This document shows positions 38,462 to 51,624 of a stretch of DNA of 64,000 bases, one piece after another; the first letter of the stretch is position 1, and each line of letters begins with the position of its first letter. Under the pieces are notes generated by a model. That model had not been told where the DNA came from, did not search any database, and saw only the letters and a program-made list of their open reading frames with translations. This stretch comes from Octopus bimaculoides (taxonomy: Eukaryota), in the NCBI RefSeq assembly GCF_001194135.2, contig NC_068989.1:64929690-64993689 (forward strand), read 5' to 3'. A program made the position numbers and the translations under genes.

Positions 38462-38579
38462 ACTCAGGAGCTTTTAGGTGTTTTCGCTCAATAAACACTC
38501 ACAACGCCCGGTCTTGGAATCGAAACTACGATCCTATGACCGCGTGTCCGCTGACCTAACCACTGGGCCATTGCGCCTC
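38462..38579 (-). mobile_element. tRNA-derived SINE head, family B
   Basis: Reverse complement GGCGCAATGGCCCAGTGGTTAGG...GTTTCGATTCC...GTTTATTGAGCGAAAACACCTAAAAGCTCC matches 49806-49930. Confidence 0.88.
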
Positions 38580-38999
38580 TACACATACATAAGACATACA
38601 CAGATTGTAATCTACAAAATATAATAACGTTGTGCAATGAAAGACTCTGAAAGTGTTTTAACTATACACAGTTGCTAGACATGTAAAAAGGCAGCACCAA
38701 AAACTCGATCGCAACAAACTTCATGGAGAGGGAAAAGGAGTGTGCCATCTCAAAATATAGTCCAAGTTAAATTATATAAAGAAAACAAAAACAGAATAGT
38801 CACAATTCGGACAGCGGTGACGATGGATCTATGACGATCAGTATTGATCAGTAATGATCCGTAGCTAAACCAGAACAGTAACAATGTTTACAATGTAGGC
38901 AAAAAGAGACAAAACGTGGATGGATTACAAGAGTTCCTTGAAGACGAATCAATTGTTTCAACAAGGGAGTTACTGGGTTCTTGATTTAGCGTGTTAGCG

Positions 39000-39125
39000 G
39001 CTGAGTATTCCACGGATACGTGCAATATTCACGTAATTCTCAGAGGGACACAGTGTGGAAAGCTATAAAATCTAGGCGGTGTGCTTCCATAAAACTTTCG
39101 TCTACCCAGTTTTCTTGACTATGAT
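39000..39125 (-). mobile_element. SINE body fragment (related to family E)
   Basis: ctgagtattccacggatacgtg is the reverse complement of the (ca)catgtctgtggaatactcag block at about 47070-47090. Confidence 0.55.
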
Positions 39126-39212
39126 GTCCTACATTTTTATGTATGTATGTATGTATGTATGTGTATATGTAGGTAGGTAGGTATGTATATATATATACAT
39201 ACATATGAGTGT

Positions 39213-39243
<31 letters not shown>

Positions 39244-39612
39244 CATTTGTTCACGTGTAGGAATGATAGCAGAAATCGGATACATGTGAATTATATAACA
39301 ATTGATGAATTAAATATCTTATCTTTTAATCGAATTAACCGAATTATCTCATCAACTATGCTTTAAATATGGATATGGTACAGAGGTGACACAAATTATG
39401 TATAAGCGATGCGGACAGTACGTGTGTATGTATGTATGTATGTGTTTATGCATGTGAATATGTATGTATGTATGAATGAAGTGTGTATCCATGCATGCAT
39501 GAAAACAAGCAGCGACAAATATATACATTGTTTTAAACATAATTATGCTTTGAAATATAATTATATATTTGCCATTTTTTAAATTGAATTATTAGTATGA
39601 ATTCCTTCGTCC

Positions 39613-39649
<37 letters not shown>

Positions 39650-39714
39650 ATACATCACTAAGATATATATTTACAAGACAGCTAGAGTAACTACATGCTC
39701 TAATTTAATACAAT

Positions 39715-39933
39715 GGTGTCAAATTTTGACACAAGACCAGCACGTTCTTAGAAGTGGAGGAAAGTCGATTACATCGCTCCCTGTGCTCAACTATCACTTA
39801 TTATATTGAGCCGGAAAGGCTAAAAGGCAAAGTCGACACCTCGGCGTAATTTGAACTCGGAACATAAAGACGGACGAAATGCCGCTAAGCATATTTTGCC
39901 GGCGCGATAACGATTCTGCCAGCTCACCGACTT
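39715..39933 (-). mobile_element. Family-A tRNA-derived SINE
   Basis: gacacaagaccagca...aaaggcaaagtcgac.cctcggcgtaatttgaactc...gccgctaagca...aacgattctgccagctcacc. Confidence 0.88.
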
Positions 39934-40553
39934 AACCTTTATTTAAAATACCGTAAACATAGTTTCTTCGATTTATTATCAGATCGATACGTCATGAATA
40001 TTCAAATTGTAACACTTTTTTTTCCATCAGGTGGAAATATACAGTAGACAAGAAATTCAACATCTCAATTAAGAAAGTTACTTAGCATAACTTTATTTAG
40101 CATAACCTTAATTAGTATAACCTTACACTAATTATTTACTGTAAAGCACTCTCACCGCTTTTGTAGCTGAATCGTAATAAACAACTGATCGGGTATATTT
40201 CACGAGTATGTACATAATTAGACACAATATTTTTTTCTATACTAATCTTACTGTAATTAACAAATTATCCTGATTCAACGTGTTGCTTAAGTCATTTTGA
40301 CATACACATACACACAGGCACACAAAAATACACACACTCGCGCGCACGCACACGTATTAACTTCATTTAGTTCGATTGGCCTAGATACTCAGCTCGTTTT
40401 GTGAATAGCATATATCTTCATATTTCCGCGTGCATTCATACGGATTACTTAACCTTTAGCTGTGATTGTAATCAGACACTGTACATCTAATGCAGCATTG
40501 TTTTCAATGCACTTATCCATTATATGAATCCCCACCCCACTCCCAAACATTAC

Positions 40554-40595
<42 letters not shown>

Positions 40596-40834
40596 TAGTG
40601 TGCATGCGTGTGTGTGTATGTGTGTGCATGCGCGACAGCTCGTCTATGTGTTTGTTTGTGTGTACGTGTATATATACATACACACGCGCTCATACATGCA
40701 CACATATGTATATATATACATACATGTAGTCTTTAGTGCTATATATGTGTAAATATGAACGCACGTACAAACAGATGCACAACCGCAGATATGTACTTAC
40801 ATACAAACGACAATACGAAACATATCTATATACG

Positions 40835-40909
<75 letters not shown>

Positions 40910-41144
40910 GTGTGTGTGTGAGTGTGTATGAGAGAGAGACAGAGACAGACAGACAAAATAAAAGGTATTTACATTCTGATACACATGCATACATACATAC
41001 ATATATATACATGTATATAAACACAGACGTACATACACGTGTACACGTACACGAACACGCATGTATATACGTGGGTATATATGTCTGCACGCCTCATAAA
41101 ATAGATGTAATAGTGAAATACGTGTGTCTACTATCCATTTACCT

Positions 41145-41181
<37 letters not shown>

Positions 41182-41457
41182 ATTCTATTTCGCTTTCTCT
41201 ATACATCTATGCGTCCGTTTCCTTACATATCATGTAATGCATACTAGAAATTTCATATCATAAATAGAACTACACAGAAATGCATACGTATGTCTGTTTT
41301 TTTTCTGTCTGCCTATATGTATGTATGTACACACACATGTACATACATATATTTAGATACATAAATGTATCTATAAAAACACACATGCGCGCGCACACAC
41401 ACACACACACACACATATGTAGGTATATATATATGCGTGAGTGTATATACATATACA

Positions 41458-41495
<38 letters not shown>

Positions 41496-41596
41496 CGAAA
41501 ACCTTACTGTTAACAAAAGACGGGATGCGTGGCGTTCAGTTGCTCAATAAATGAAAAATGCATTAAATAAACAAGGACAACTAAAAAAAGTTCACC

Positions 41597-41717
41597 TAGG
41601 ACGGACACAGAAGGCCCTAATTCTTCATCAATTATCCACCGAATTTTAATACTAAGTTTCATACCTAACATTCGGTTGATAACTGACGAAGAATTAAGGC
41701 CTTCTTTGTCTGTCCTA
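41597..41717. repeat. Inverted repeat, 48-bp arms (41597-41644, 41670-41717) with a 25-nt loop
   Basis: 42 of 48 positions are complementary by hand count; the right arm contains CTGACGA (41683-41689). Confidence 0.9.
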
Positions 41718-42084
41718 CCTGTACGTTTGCTAGCTATCGTTGCTTAATGCATGTTTCATTTATGTATATATATATATATATATATACATATGTATGTATA
41801 TACATGTACATATAAATATATGTTATTTGTACATGATAAATACTTAAGTGTGTTTGAAATTGTCTGTCAATTTTGTGACTTGATATGACATTACAATCGA
41901 TAGTTGCTGATTCAGTAGAGGCTTTTGTTCAGAGCTAACCTGCCAAATATGGGTGATCCCCCGATATCTGTGTCAATACTTTTGGTGTCATAGTCAAATC
42001 ATAACCTCAAGAATAAAACGTTTTCGAGATGTGTTGCTGTTGAGGTCGTCAAGTGTAAACATTATTATTTTACTGTTCATTTCA

Positions 42085-42157
<73 letters not shown>

Positions 42158-43201
42158 GCACCGGAGACATGCTTAAAATAATTACACGGACGCAGGTGTC
42201 TGCATAAACCAACACACACACTCACATATAGACATACGCATAAATATATGGATGTGTCAATGTTTTCGCTCTTTCGGCTGTTTCTTTCTCCCTCTTTCTT
42301 CTTCTCCACCTCTCTCTATCTCTGTATACACGCTCATAATTGCTTGCATTAGTGTGTACCTATGCATGCATGATTTGTGCACTTGCGTTGACGATAAAAT
42401 CGTCAACAAACTTGCTGAAAAGTCATTTATATTTAAATTTAGTTTTACATTTTGTAACGTAAAATAACATTTACCAGTAAAACTATCCCAGGGCATTCGA
42501 TATTAAATTGCATTTATACAAGCAACGTTGTTATCATAGCAACGCTGTAATACATATATATTTTTTCCAAGTGAACAAATATGTAAATTTTTTGGCTCAG
42601 ATATTTAGCAAAAACAAGCAATTATAAAATATAGTGAAACTGAAAGAGAGAAGAAAAAACTCACTGCGTTTAATGTGCAGAAAACCGTGTTGACATCTTA
42701 AGACTGTTAATGAATTGTTTCACACAATGGCCAGAGTAAAGTAACAATATCCAATATAATGGCTTACAGCTGATACTGTAAAATATACTTCTCTCCCTCT
42801 CCTCCACTCACAGCCGTGTATCGGCTTGATCCTTGCTCCAGGGAAAGATTAGTTGGTGCAGATTTTGTTTCACTTGTATTTTTTATCTATCTATTATATA
42901 AATATATTTTTATTTTATTTCTCCATGATTCCTTACACGAGATAGTGTGTCATTTTACAGCAACGTTCAATTATTCGATGCACTATGAACGTTTAGCTTT
43001 TAATTCTACATCTACCAGTTAAAAAGTGAGAAAATACGCCGATATACGACCTTGATTAGGATTCACTAATGTAAGCCAATCAATACAATTTCTTTCTTCT
43101 TTTTTTTGCAGGTAAAGTTGAAAAGCAAGGTAAATGTTTATAAAGTGTACTTCATGAAAATAATGTATGTATGTGTGTATGTATGTATGTATGTATGTAT
43201 G

Positions 43202-43244
<43 letters not shown>

Positions 43245-43427
43245 ATATATATNNNNNNNNNNNNNNATATATATATATATATATATATATACACACCTGT
43301 TATTGTATTACTACTGTGATGGTATATTAACACACTGTGTTCTATTGACCAGTATATGATATTCCATCACTATTGTGTTTGTTTAGATGCACTTAGTGAT
43401 GAGTGATTAATTGCTCTGCGGGCGAAT

Positions 43428-43463
<36 letters not shown>

Positions 43464-44419
43464 CATGCGTGCATGCGTGCGTGTGTGTATGTGTGTGTGT
43501 TTGTGTGTTTGTATGTATATACGTGTATTTGTACGTCGACAAGTGAGTAATGATTTCTATGTATGTAACGTTGTTTTAAATAAATATATATACATACACC
43601 AGTACAGCTTAATCTATCAGTTTGTAGTTGATACAAGTGATCGTGAAGCGAAGGAAATGACAGATCATTCACATGAAAGATGTACTATGTCCATCACAGT
43701 TGACTTCCCCTTTTATTCCCTCGCTGAGTTTTAGTTGAATACATAGACAGAAAAATACTTGAAATAAAAGCTTTTTGTCCGGGCTAGCGAAATAATCAAC
43801 ACTGAAAAGCGTAATAGCATACTTTCGAGGTTTCTATTGAACACACCTTTGCATCACCAGATATATGCCGATGTCTTAAGAAGTCCTTTGAATTCATTTA
43901 ACAACGTCAATATTATAATAGATATTTTTAAATACTGAGAAATTATATCTTTCACTTTCTCTCTCTCTATATATTTCTGAACCTTTTTCTTTTTCGTTCT
44001 CCATCTCTCTCTATTCAATATAGAGAGCTATACTTTCAGTAAATGCTAACGAGATGCGTGCTTATAATCTGGAAGCTAATATACTGCTTTATATAGCAAC
44101 AGGGAAAAACTGGAAATGAAAGTGATACATCAAGTTGCATAGAGTTTTGTTGTTAGAGTCTCATGATGGAAGTAAGAGAGCGGGATATAGTTGTAAACGG
44201 CAAACACAACAGACTGGGGGATTGTACATGTTACTGCAAAAAGAAGATTAAAAGAAAAGAAAAACAACTGAAATGATTACATCTATAGGTGAGAGTATGG
44301 GACTTAGGGAGAGTTTATGGGTTGTGGGAGAAGGAAAATTAATGAAAATGTATGGAAGAGGAACTGTTGACAGCGGTAGTTAAAAAGTAGATGATGAAAA
44401 ATATGAATAAAATGAATTA

Positions 44420-44960
44420 GTTTATAATAATGGACTTTATATCCGGAAAGGCAACCTGATTGACTTTTATTTGTTTCCATACCAAGGAAAGCACTTATAA
44501 CACCAAACAATTATAAAGTCAACAATTATAAGCAAAAAAACAAAAATAAGCGAAATCAATACCTGTACCACAGGAATAACATACAACAGCAATAAGAGTT
44601 GCAGTAGTAGGTATTAAACAAAAATATCTAACATAATTAAAAACTACGTAAACTGGAAATTCCTGTTTGCCTGATATGGAGGGAATCAGTAGCCAGATTC
44701 TTGTCAAGCCAACGTGAAACTGGCATAAAAATCGACAGAGCAAAAGGAAAAAAAATCACTTTATTCGATAATCAGATATGCTATAAGACTAATAGAAATG
44801 TGTTAACAATCTTAGCAATCATAGGAAATGGAAGCAAACAAGTAGATGTTATGCGTAAAATTCAACCAAACAATATTATTTTAGATGGCGATAAACCATT
44901 GGAAAAAATCTCTTGTCTTATAAGTTTGGTGTATCTCAATGTATGCATTGCAGGGTGTTA
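44420..44960 (+). mobile_element. Heavily decayed RTE-like LINE reverse transcriptase fragment
   Basis: ttatatccggaaaggcaacc resembles GFMPGKGTTD; VMRKIQPNNIILDGDKPLEKISC resembles KVM...IDG..LE.V..FCYL. The match is weak. Confidence 0.45.
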
Positions 44961-45884
44961 TTGGGAAAAACAATATTTGCATTAAGTTGAAGAGAGACTG
45001 TGAATGTAAAAAGCAATTGAATAGAAAATTTCATATATATNNNNNNNNNNNNNNNNNNNNNNNNNNNNNNNNNNNNNNNNNNNNNNNNNNNNNNNNNNNN
45101 NNNNNNNNNNNNNNNNNNNNNNNNNNNNNNNNNNNNNNNNNNNNNNNNNNNNNNNNNNNNNNNNNNNNNNNNNNNNNNNNNNNNNNNNNNNNNNNNNNNN
45201 NNNNNNNNNNNNNNNNNNNNNNNNNNNNNNNNNNNNNNNNNNNNNNNNNNNNNNNNNNNNNNNNNNNNNNNNNNNNNNNNNNNNNNNNNNNNNNNNNNNN
45301 NNNNNNNNNNNNNNNNNNNNNNNNNNNNNNNNNNNNNNNNNNNNNNNNNNNNNATATATATATATATATACAGGGGGAAAATTCCTATGTTGCCTATTTA
45401 ACTGACAAAAATAGTAAAGAAAAAACAGCAAGGCCGCTCACGATGCATGCTTTTCGTACTGATATTTATTTGTTATTTTTGGTGTATGTTTATTGGTTAA
45501 ACAACTATTTTTAGAAAAATCACGTCAGTCCTGATAGATATCTAACCAATCTCCCTATGCTATACTCGCAGGGATGAAAGCTGCCATGTCTCCTTGCTTT
45601 CTGGCATCTGTATGTATACTTGACTTTTCGTCTTTCACTCCACTCTCAAAATGGCTTGTAGAAGCAGGAGGAAAATAAATCAAAGCAAAAGCAGCAGCGG
45701 GCCAATGAGTTGACAGAGAAAACCATTTGTACATCGCACCAGCTGTGATAATTAGAATTTATTTCAGTTCCCATTTATGCTGAGCTGTGCATAAAATACA
45801 TGAGTATATACTGTAGAACACAAAGACAAATCACTCACACATAAAATATATTGATAAGGTATACATACATACACACACACACAC

Positions 45885-45942
<58 letters not shown>

Positions 45943-45954
45943 TTCTAAATGTCA

Positions 45955-46087
45955 ACTGAATCCACTCACATGCCTTTAGTCAACCCGAGACTATAGTAGA
46001 AGACGGTTGCCCAAGGTTCCTCGCCGTGGGACTGAATCCAAAATAATATTCTCCGAAACAAAACAACTTACCACACAACCACACCTG
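45955..46087 (-). mobile_element. tRNA-derived SINE head, family C
   Basis: Reverse complement matches 49241-49393 (gtgtggtaag...cttgggcaa.cgtcttctactatag...gtgagtggatt). Confidence 0.8.
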
Positions 46088-46440
46088 GACCTATGTTCAG
46101 TAACATGTACAGAGAGGTTACTGAGATTTTGGGTATCATCCGCATAGTATTATTGCCGTGAGCAACAGAAGTATTTCTGTATAAAGTAAATAGAATATGT
46201 TTAATGGTCAGGCACAAACTACTACTGAGTATGCCTGTACCTCTCAATTTATCTGCTAAATGGATCGCATTTTCTTTTATGCATAAACAATAATAATATT
46301 TTGTGAAATGAATCTTCAATTTTAGAAACGATCTCCTTCCTTTGATAATCACCTGCGTTTGCCACTAGATTTTTGTTTCACTATCTGTATGTTAAATTTC
46401 AATTAATTAAAACTTTTATGAAGCGCATTACCATCTCACA

Positions 46441-46485
<45 letters not shown>

Positions 46486-46835
46486 ACACACACACATACA
46501 CACACGCGCATACACTTTTGCTTACACATTCACAAGTAGCGGCTAGTCCAGCCACTTCTAAATAGGTCGAGTCCAAAATTTATACAAAAGGATTTAAATC
46601 TACTAGAACTTTCGAGTCATTTCATTGGTAATGTTTGTTGTTTTTTTGTCTTTTTTACGTACAAATTTATGATTTTAAAGACACTGTCTTAATACATACA
46701 TAAAAAACATGCATAGTCATACAGAGACATCCACACACACGAACATACACACTTGCATGCACACGCACAAGCACACACACTTATAGTGAGAGAAAGAATT
46801 TGTACAATATTTTTATATCTCTGCCAACTAACTGT

Positions 46836-47160
46836 AGGCGCAGTATGACCATGTGATTAAAAAGTTCGCTTAGCAACAATAGTGCCACATGTTAGATTCC
46901 GTTGCGTAAAGCTTTGAAAGATTTTGTGCTGTGAACTAAATAATCGAAAACTAGATAAGCGGAAAATACATCAAAGTCCAGCGGATCCCATTATACTTGT
47001 AAATCATAAGGTACAAACCTGTCACTCATTGTATTACGCGAATCCGCAAGAAAATTATGTTCAGGGTACACATGTCTGTGGAATACTCAGCTACTTACAT
47101 ATTAATTCCTGGGCAGATAATACAGCTAATTGAACAAGTAAATTCCTATTAGCGACGGAG
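46836..47160 (+). mobile_element. Diverged tRNA-derived SINE
   Basis: ggcgcagtatgaccatgtgattaa head-like start; the 3' part resembles the family-E body (gtacacatgtctgtggaatactcag). Confidence 0.55.
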
Positions 47161-48099
47161 ATCCACCAGTACACTTAACTGACATTTCGTTATTTTGCAA
47201 ATATTACTACAGCTAAGTCGTCACAAATATCCTCTTTGTTCAGAATGTGAACGTAACCATTCAGATAATGTGACAACTTGAAATAACAAGTAAATAACAA
47301 CTACGCTAAATCTCCGTTTCGTTTTGACATTCCCATATTTACAAATGTAGATTTATATTTAAATAAATGCGAAATATAAATATACCTGAAGAAATGTGAT
47401 GTGGCTGGTGTATAAACAAAGCAATAAAGTCACAGATATCATTTTTATTCATTTCAGTCTATATTTACCGAAGTGTTGTAAATTATAGTAAATTCAATTT
47501 CTTTAAACTATCGTTCGGAAAGGTGAAATGTCTCTCACTAGCACAGGTGAAAATCGGTCCAAATATACTGAAAAGCTATGGCAACAAATTGAAAAATTTC
47601 GACACAAATATTAATAGGAATTGGGAATAGAAAAAAACAAGCTATTAATTCATATCTAGAACTTTAAAAAGAATCTAACGATAATAAATATTTTAGAATA
47701 CCAAAGCAGACAGCTGGAAGCAGCGTTTTTAATACAGTTAAGCTTTTAACTTTCAACACTAATATTTACTTATAATATTAATCTGTCTTTAATGACGATA
47801 AATGCAAGTGATATTCTGAGATCGAGAGGATTAATTGCAACTGTTGTCTCTATTCTCTCAGAATATTATACTTTAGAAAAATAATTTCTAAAGATGCAGT
47901 GTTATCAGTTGTATTACACTCACCAAACTATGAAGAAAAACAATTTTCCATATCTTTGTTGGATATACGTTGTTAACTATATCAGTGTAATTGATTGAAA
48001 TACGTATGTAAGCATGTATGTAAGTTCTGAATATGGTTTCAAACTGCATCCCATAGTAGGGCTCTAGTCAGGGAGTTCCAAGATTTTGAGGAGTGTGCT

Positions 48100-48620
48100 A
48101 CCATCTCTTAGTCACCATTGTTCCCATGTATATTCTGACCCGGAGCAATAGAATCTGTTACAGTGGTGGATTGACTAGTACATGTGATGATAATCCATTT
48201 GAGTGTGGAAACGCAGAAATAATATTTGGTAGTGTCAAGGTGCGCAGTAAAACCAAGGGGAGTGAAGGACCCTTAACTATTGTTAGAGTATCAAGAAAAG
48301 TGTCACTAATGCAAAAACCTGAGGTTTTCCGTGATTACAAATCATCTTGCTTCGGCCTGTCACTAGATACTAATCACAGAAACTCAGTCTGGAAACTCGC
48401 CCGGTACAAGCGCTTATCACTATAGTACACTGTAAGTAGTTTATCACTACGTAAAGATGTCTTTTTATAGATACCTCATTTGTCATTCAATCAAGTGAAA
48501 GTCCGATGGCGTTGGAAGAGCGGTGACATGTCTAAACATGAACATCTGGGGCGAGGTTGAATAGTCACCTGAGAGATTGTAGACGGAAAATCGGGAATGG
48601 CGTTGACAACAAGGAAGCAG
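48100..48620 (-). mobile_element. Possible very decayed LINE 3' fragment
   Basis: GC-richer non-simple sequence with faint CR1-like ORF2 C-terminal echoes; no firm motif. Confidence 0.25.
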
Positions 48621-48756
48621 AAGGACGCGGCAATCATATGCGTGGATAGACCAATCACTAATTACGTATGTATGTATGTATGTATGTATGTATGTATGTA
48701 TGTATGTATGTATGTATGTATGTATGTTTGTATGTGTGCAAGCATGTATTGTATAA

Positions 48757-48788
<32 letters not shown>

Positions 48789-49240
48789 ACACATACATTC
48801 TTCTGTATGACTTTAAACTGCATCTGGGTATGGGGCACTTATTTAGGAATTGCAGGATTTCGAAGAATCTGAGAAACACAACCTCATAGCAACTATTTGT
48901 TTGCAAGTCTACTCTAACCGTGAGTACTAGCACCCGTCAGTCTCAGCTATGTGACTAGTACGTTGACAATTACGAGTGAAAGACCTCTAGTCCGCGTTAA
49001 ATGTTGCCTCTAGGTGACGCTAGACTAGTATAAAGAAATACAAATGCAGTTGGTCGTCTCAACCTCTTTGTGCCACTAGCTTTAAAGCAGAATGCGCTTA
49101 GGATTGGATTCAGTGGTAGGAAAATCTTATTCCCTCAAAACAAATCTATGCAAAGGAAATTTTTTTTGATCCTTGATTTTAAGAAATGGTCCATCTCGGT
49201 CACGAATCTACTTCCACCTAAATTATATGTTTATATATAT

Positions 49241-49393
49241 AGGCGTGACTGTGTGGTAACAAGCTGCTTCCCACATGGTTCGGAGTTTAGTCTCGCTGCG
49301 TCGCGTCTTGAGCAAGTGTCTTCTACTATAGCCTCAGCCCGAACAAAGCCTTGTGAGTGGATTTGGTAGACGGAAACTGAAAGAAGCCCGTTG
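49241..49393 (+). mobile_element. tRNA-derived SINE head, family C, running into a microsatellite and an N-gap
   Basis: aggcgtgactgtgtggtaac...cttgagcaagtgtcttctactatagcctc...gccttgtgagtggatttggtagacggaaactgaaagaagcccg. Confidence 0.88.
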
Positions 49394-49395
49394 TA

Positions 49396-49442
<47 letters not shown>

Positions 49443-49805
49443 NNNNNNNNNNNNNNNNNNNNNNNNNNNNNNNNNNNNNNNNNNNNNNNNNNNNNNNNNN
49501 NNNNNNNNNNNNNNNNNNNNNNNNNNNNNNNNNNNNNNNNNNNNNNNNNNNNNNNNNNNNNNNNNNNNNNNNNNNNNNNNNNNNNNNNNNNNNNNNNNNN
49601 NNNNNNNNNNNNNNNNNNNNNNNNNNNNNNNNNNNNNNNNNNNNNNNNNNNNNNNNNNNNNNNNNNNNNNNNNNNNNNNNNNNNNNNNNNNNNNNNNNNN
49701 NNNNNNNNNNNNNNNNNNNNNNNNNNNNNNNNNNNNNNNNNNNNNNNNNNNNNNNNNNNNNNNNNNNNNNNNNNNNNNNNNNNNNNNNNNNNNNNNNNNA
49801 GTAAA

Positions 49806-49930
49806 GGCGCAATGGCCCAGTGGTTAGGGCAGCGGAGACACACAATTGTAGGATCGCGGTTTCGACTTCCGACCAGGCGTTGTGATGTTTATTGAGCCAA
49901 GACACCTAAAGCTCCACCAGGCTCTGGCAG
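49806..49930 (+). mobile_element. tRNA-derived SINE head, family B
   Basis: GGCGCAATGGCCCAGTGGTTAGG A-box and GGTTTCGACTTCC B-box-like; matches 38462-38579 in reverse. Confidence 0.88.
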
Positions 49931-50031
49931 TCATATACATTTTTCTAATGTCTATGACTTGAGAGGTTTGCCTTTCCTTAACGTTTGTTGTCCTCTTTAA
50001 CAATTATATATATATATATATATATATATAT

Positions 50032-50261
50032 TGCAAATACAATATCCTTACGTATCTTACGTCTGTTTTCATTCCTCCACTTCACTCCGTATTTCATATC
50101 TTCTATATAATAACTATTGCTTAAATATTTTCTCGCACCGTCTCCGATGAAGGGCTATATAAAATATTAAAATATTTCAGAAACAGCTGTAAAACCTCTT
50201 TATAAATATTCTGAAAACTATTCAAACCCTTGAATTTTTTATCTCATTCTGTTAATTTTAA
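50032..50261 (+). mobile_element. ~230-bp element between (TA)n tracts with a decayed hammerhead motif at 50140-50194
   Basis: GTCT-CCGATGA-agggctatat...atatttca-GAA-ACAGCTGT-A-AAAC: core with a U4C change, palindromic ACAGCTGT, and helix I 3/4 paired. Confidence 0.55.
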
Positions 50262-50689
50262 ATATATATATATATATATATATATAGGCGTGTATGTGTA
50301 AATATGATTTTTTGGGGAAGTAAACAATTTCCTGTATCCTAAAGTCGATGAACAATTTCACACAATTAGAGAAAAATAACCTTCATTAATTTTTTTTAAA
50401 CAACGTCACCCCAAACGGAAGTAATCTAGCTCCACTTTTGACCCAAATCATGCAAAATTCTAGTGGCGGGGTTTCATAATGCTTACTCAAGTTTTTACCA
50501 AATTTGTTGTGCTGGCTTAATGCAATGCAGAAGCAGTATATATGAAATTTCAGCTATCAAGTTTAAGTAGTTTAGGAGTTATAGAGGTTTTAAATTGTTT
50601 CCACTTAGGCTCTACTTTAGGAAATATCCTCTTCCTCTCCTTTTTATTTCTGTGACGCGAAAACCTCTGACTATATTAATACTGCTTCA

Positions 50690-51624
50690 GAAGAGTAGGC
50701 TTATCCAACTAGAGTATCTAAAATAATGTCTCATAAGACAAGTGCTTGTGTCACTCCTGGATGAAGAATTTCGTGCAATTTCATGACTCATATAAGAAAA
50801 GAAGACCTGTTCCTCTAGAAGGGCATTCTTTGGAAAACAACTGCGAGATACCAATGAAACTTCAAATTGTCGGTCGCTACCTGTTCCTTGAGGTAGCATC
50901 AAACGAAGGAAAGGAAAAATGAAATTTCGGAAGAAGTAACTTTTTGTATGGCAAAAGAAGTTAAATTTGCCATATTTATCAATTCAAAATGTGCAAGCAA
51001 ATGTAGAAAATTGCTGAATGTCAACGATAAATGTGTCAAACGAGGAAAATACGATTCATTGAAAGGAATTTTTGACATCACAAAGGAAAACGGTGAATAG
51101 TTGTGCAGTGAGGATAGAAGGTTATATTATCTTCAAATTGAAAGCAAAGGACAGGTTGGGTATGAAATTGGAAAAACAAACAGTTCCAAAACTATCCATC
51201 CATGTAAAAGAACATAAGTGTCCTTAATGCCAACTTCAACCAGAGCAGCTTCAGTGTTATCATCAACGTCTGAAGCAGAGACTGAAAGTGCATGCCAAGT
51301 GTCCGAAAAATGAGATGAAGAATCCATACAAACAAGGAGGAAGTATAGCAAAATTGGAACTGCAACCAAGTTAGTACTATCTTGCACGCTATCAATCCCA
51401 AAAGCAGCAACAGTTTGTCGACAATTATCTCAAGATGGAATCAATGTCGAGACTCCTTCCCAACCTGGTATTTGCAGATCGACTATCAAAGAAACTGTTA
51501 AACGAAAAAAGAAAATGAGAAAACTCTGCATTTAGAAAACTGGACATTGTATTTTCATGGTAAACGTGTTGATGACATAGAATAACAAGTGCTAGTTTTT
51601 AAGAATGAACAGCATCATATCAAA
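50690..51624 (+). mobile_element. Decayed DNA-transposon transposase, hAT-like (hATx-type), truncated at its 3' side
   Basis: Broken peptides KGIFDITKENGE*LCSEDRRLYYLQIESKGQVGY...TIHPCKR, LSIPKAATVCRQLSQDGINVETPSQPGI, and LHLENWTLYFHGKRVDDIE*QVLVFKNE. The last resembles the W-LHFDGK...YQVxVLKNE first-catalytic-Asp region recalled for hATx transposases. Family assignment is from memory, not a search. Confidence 0.6.

Noticed and set aside
42665-42886. Two GTGAGT donor-like sites on the minus strand (42664, 42811)
   Set aside because: Phase-0 frames lack an ATG and a good acceptor; a UTR exon cannot be excluded but is unsupported.
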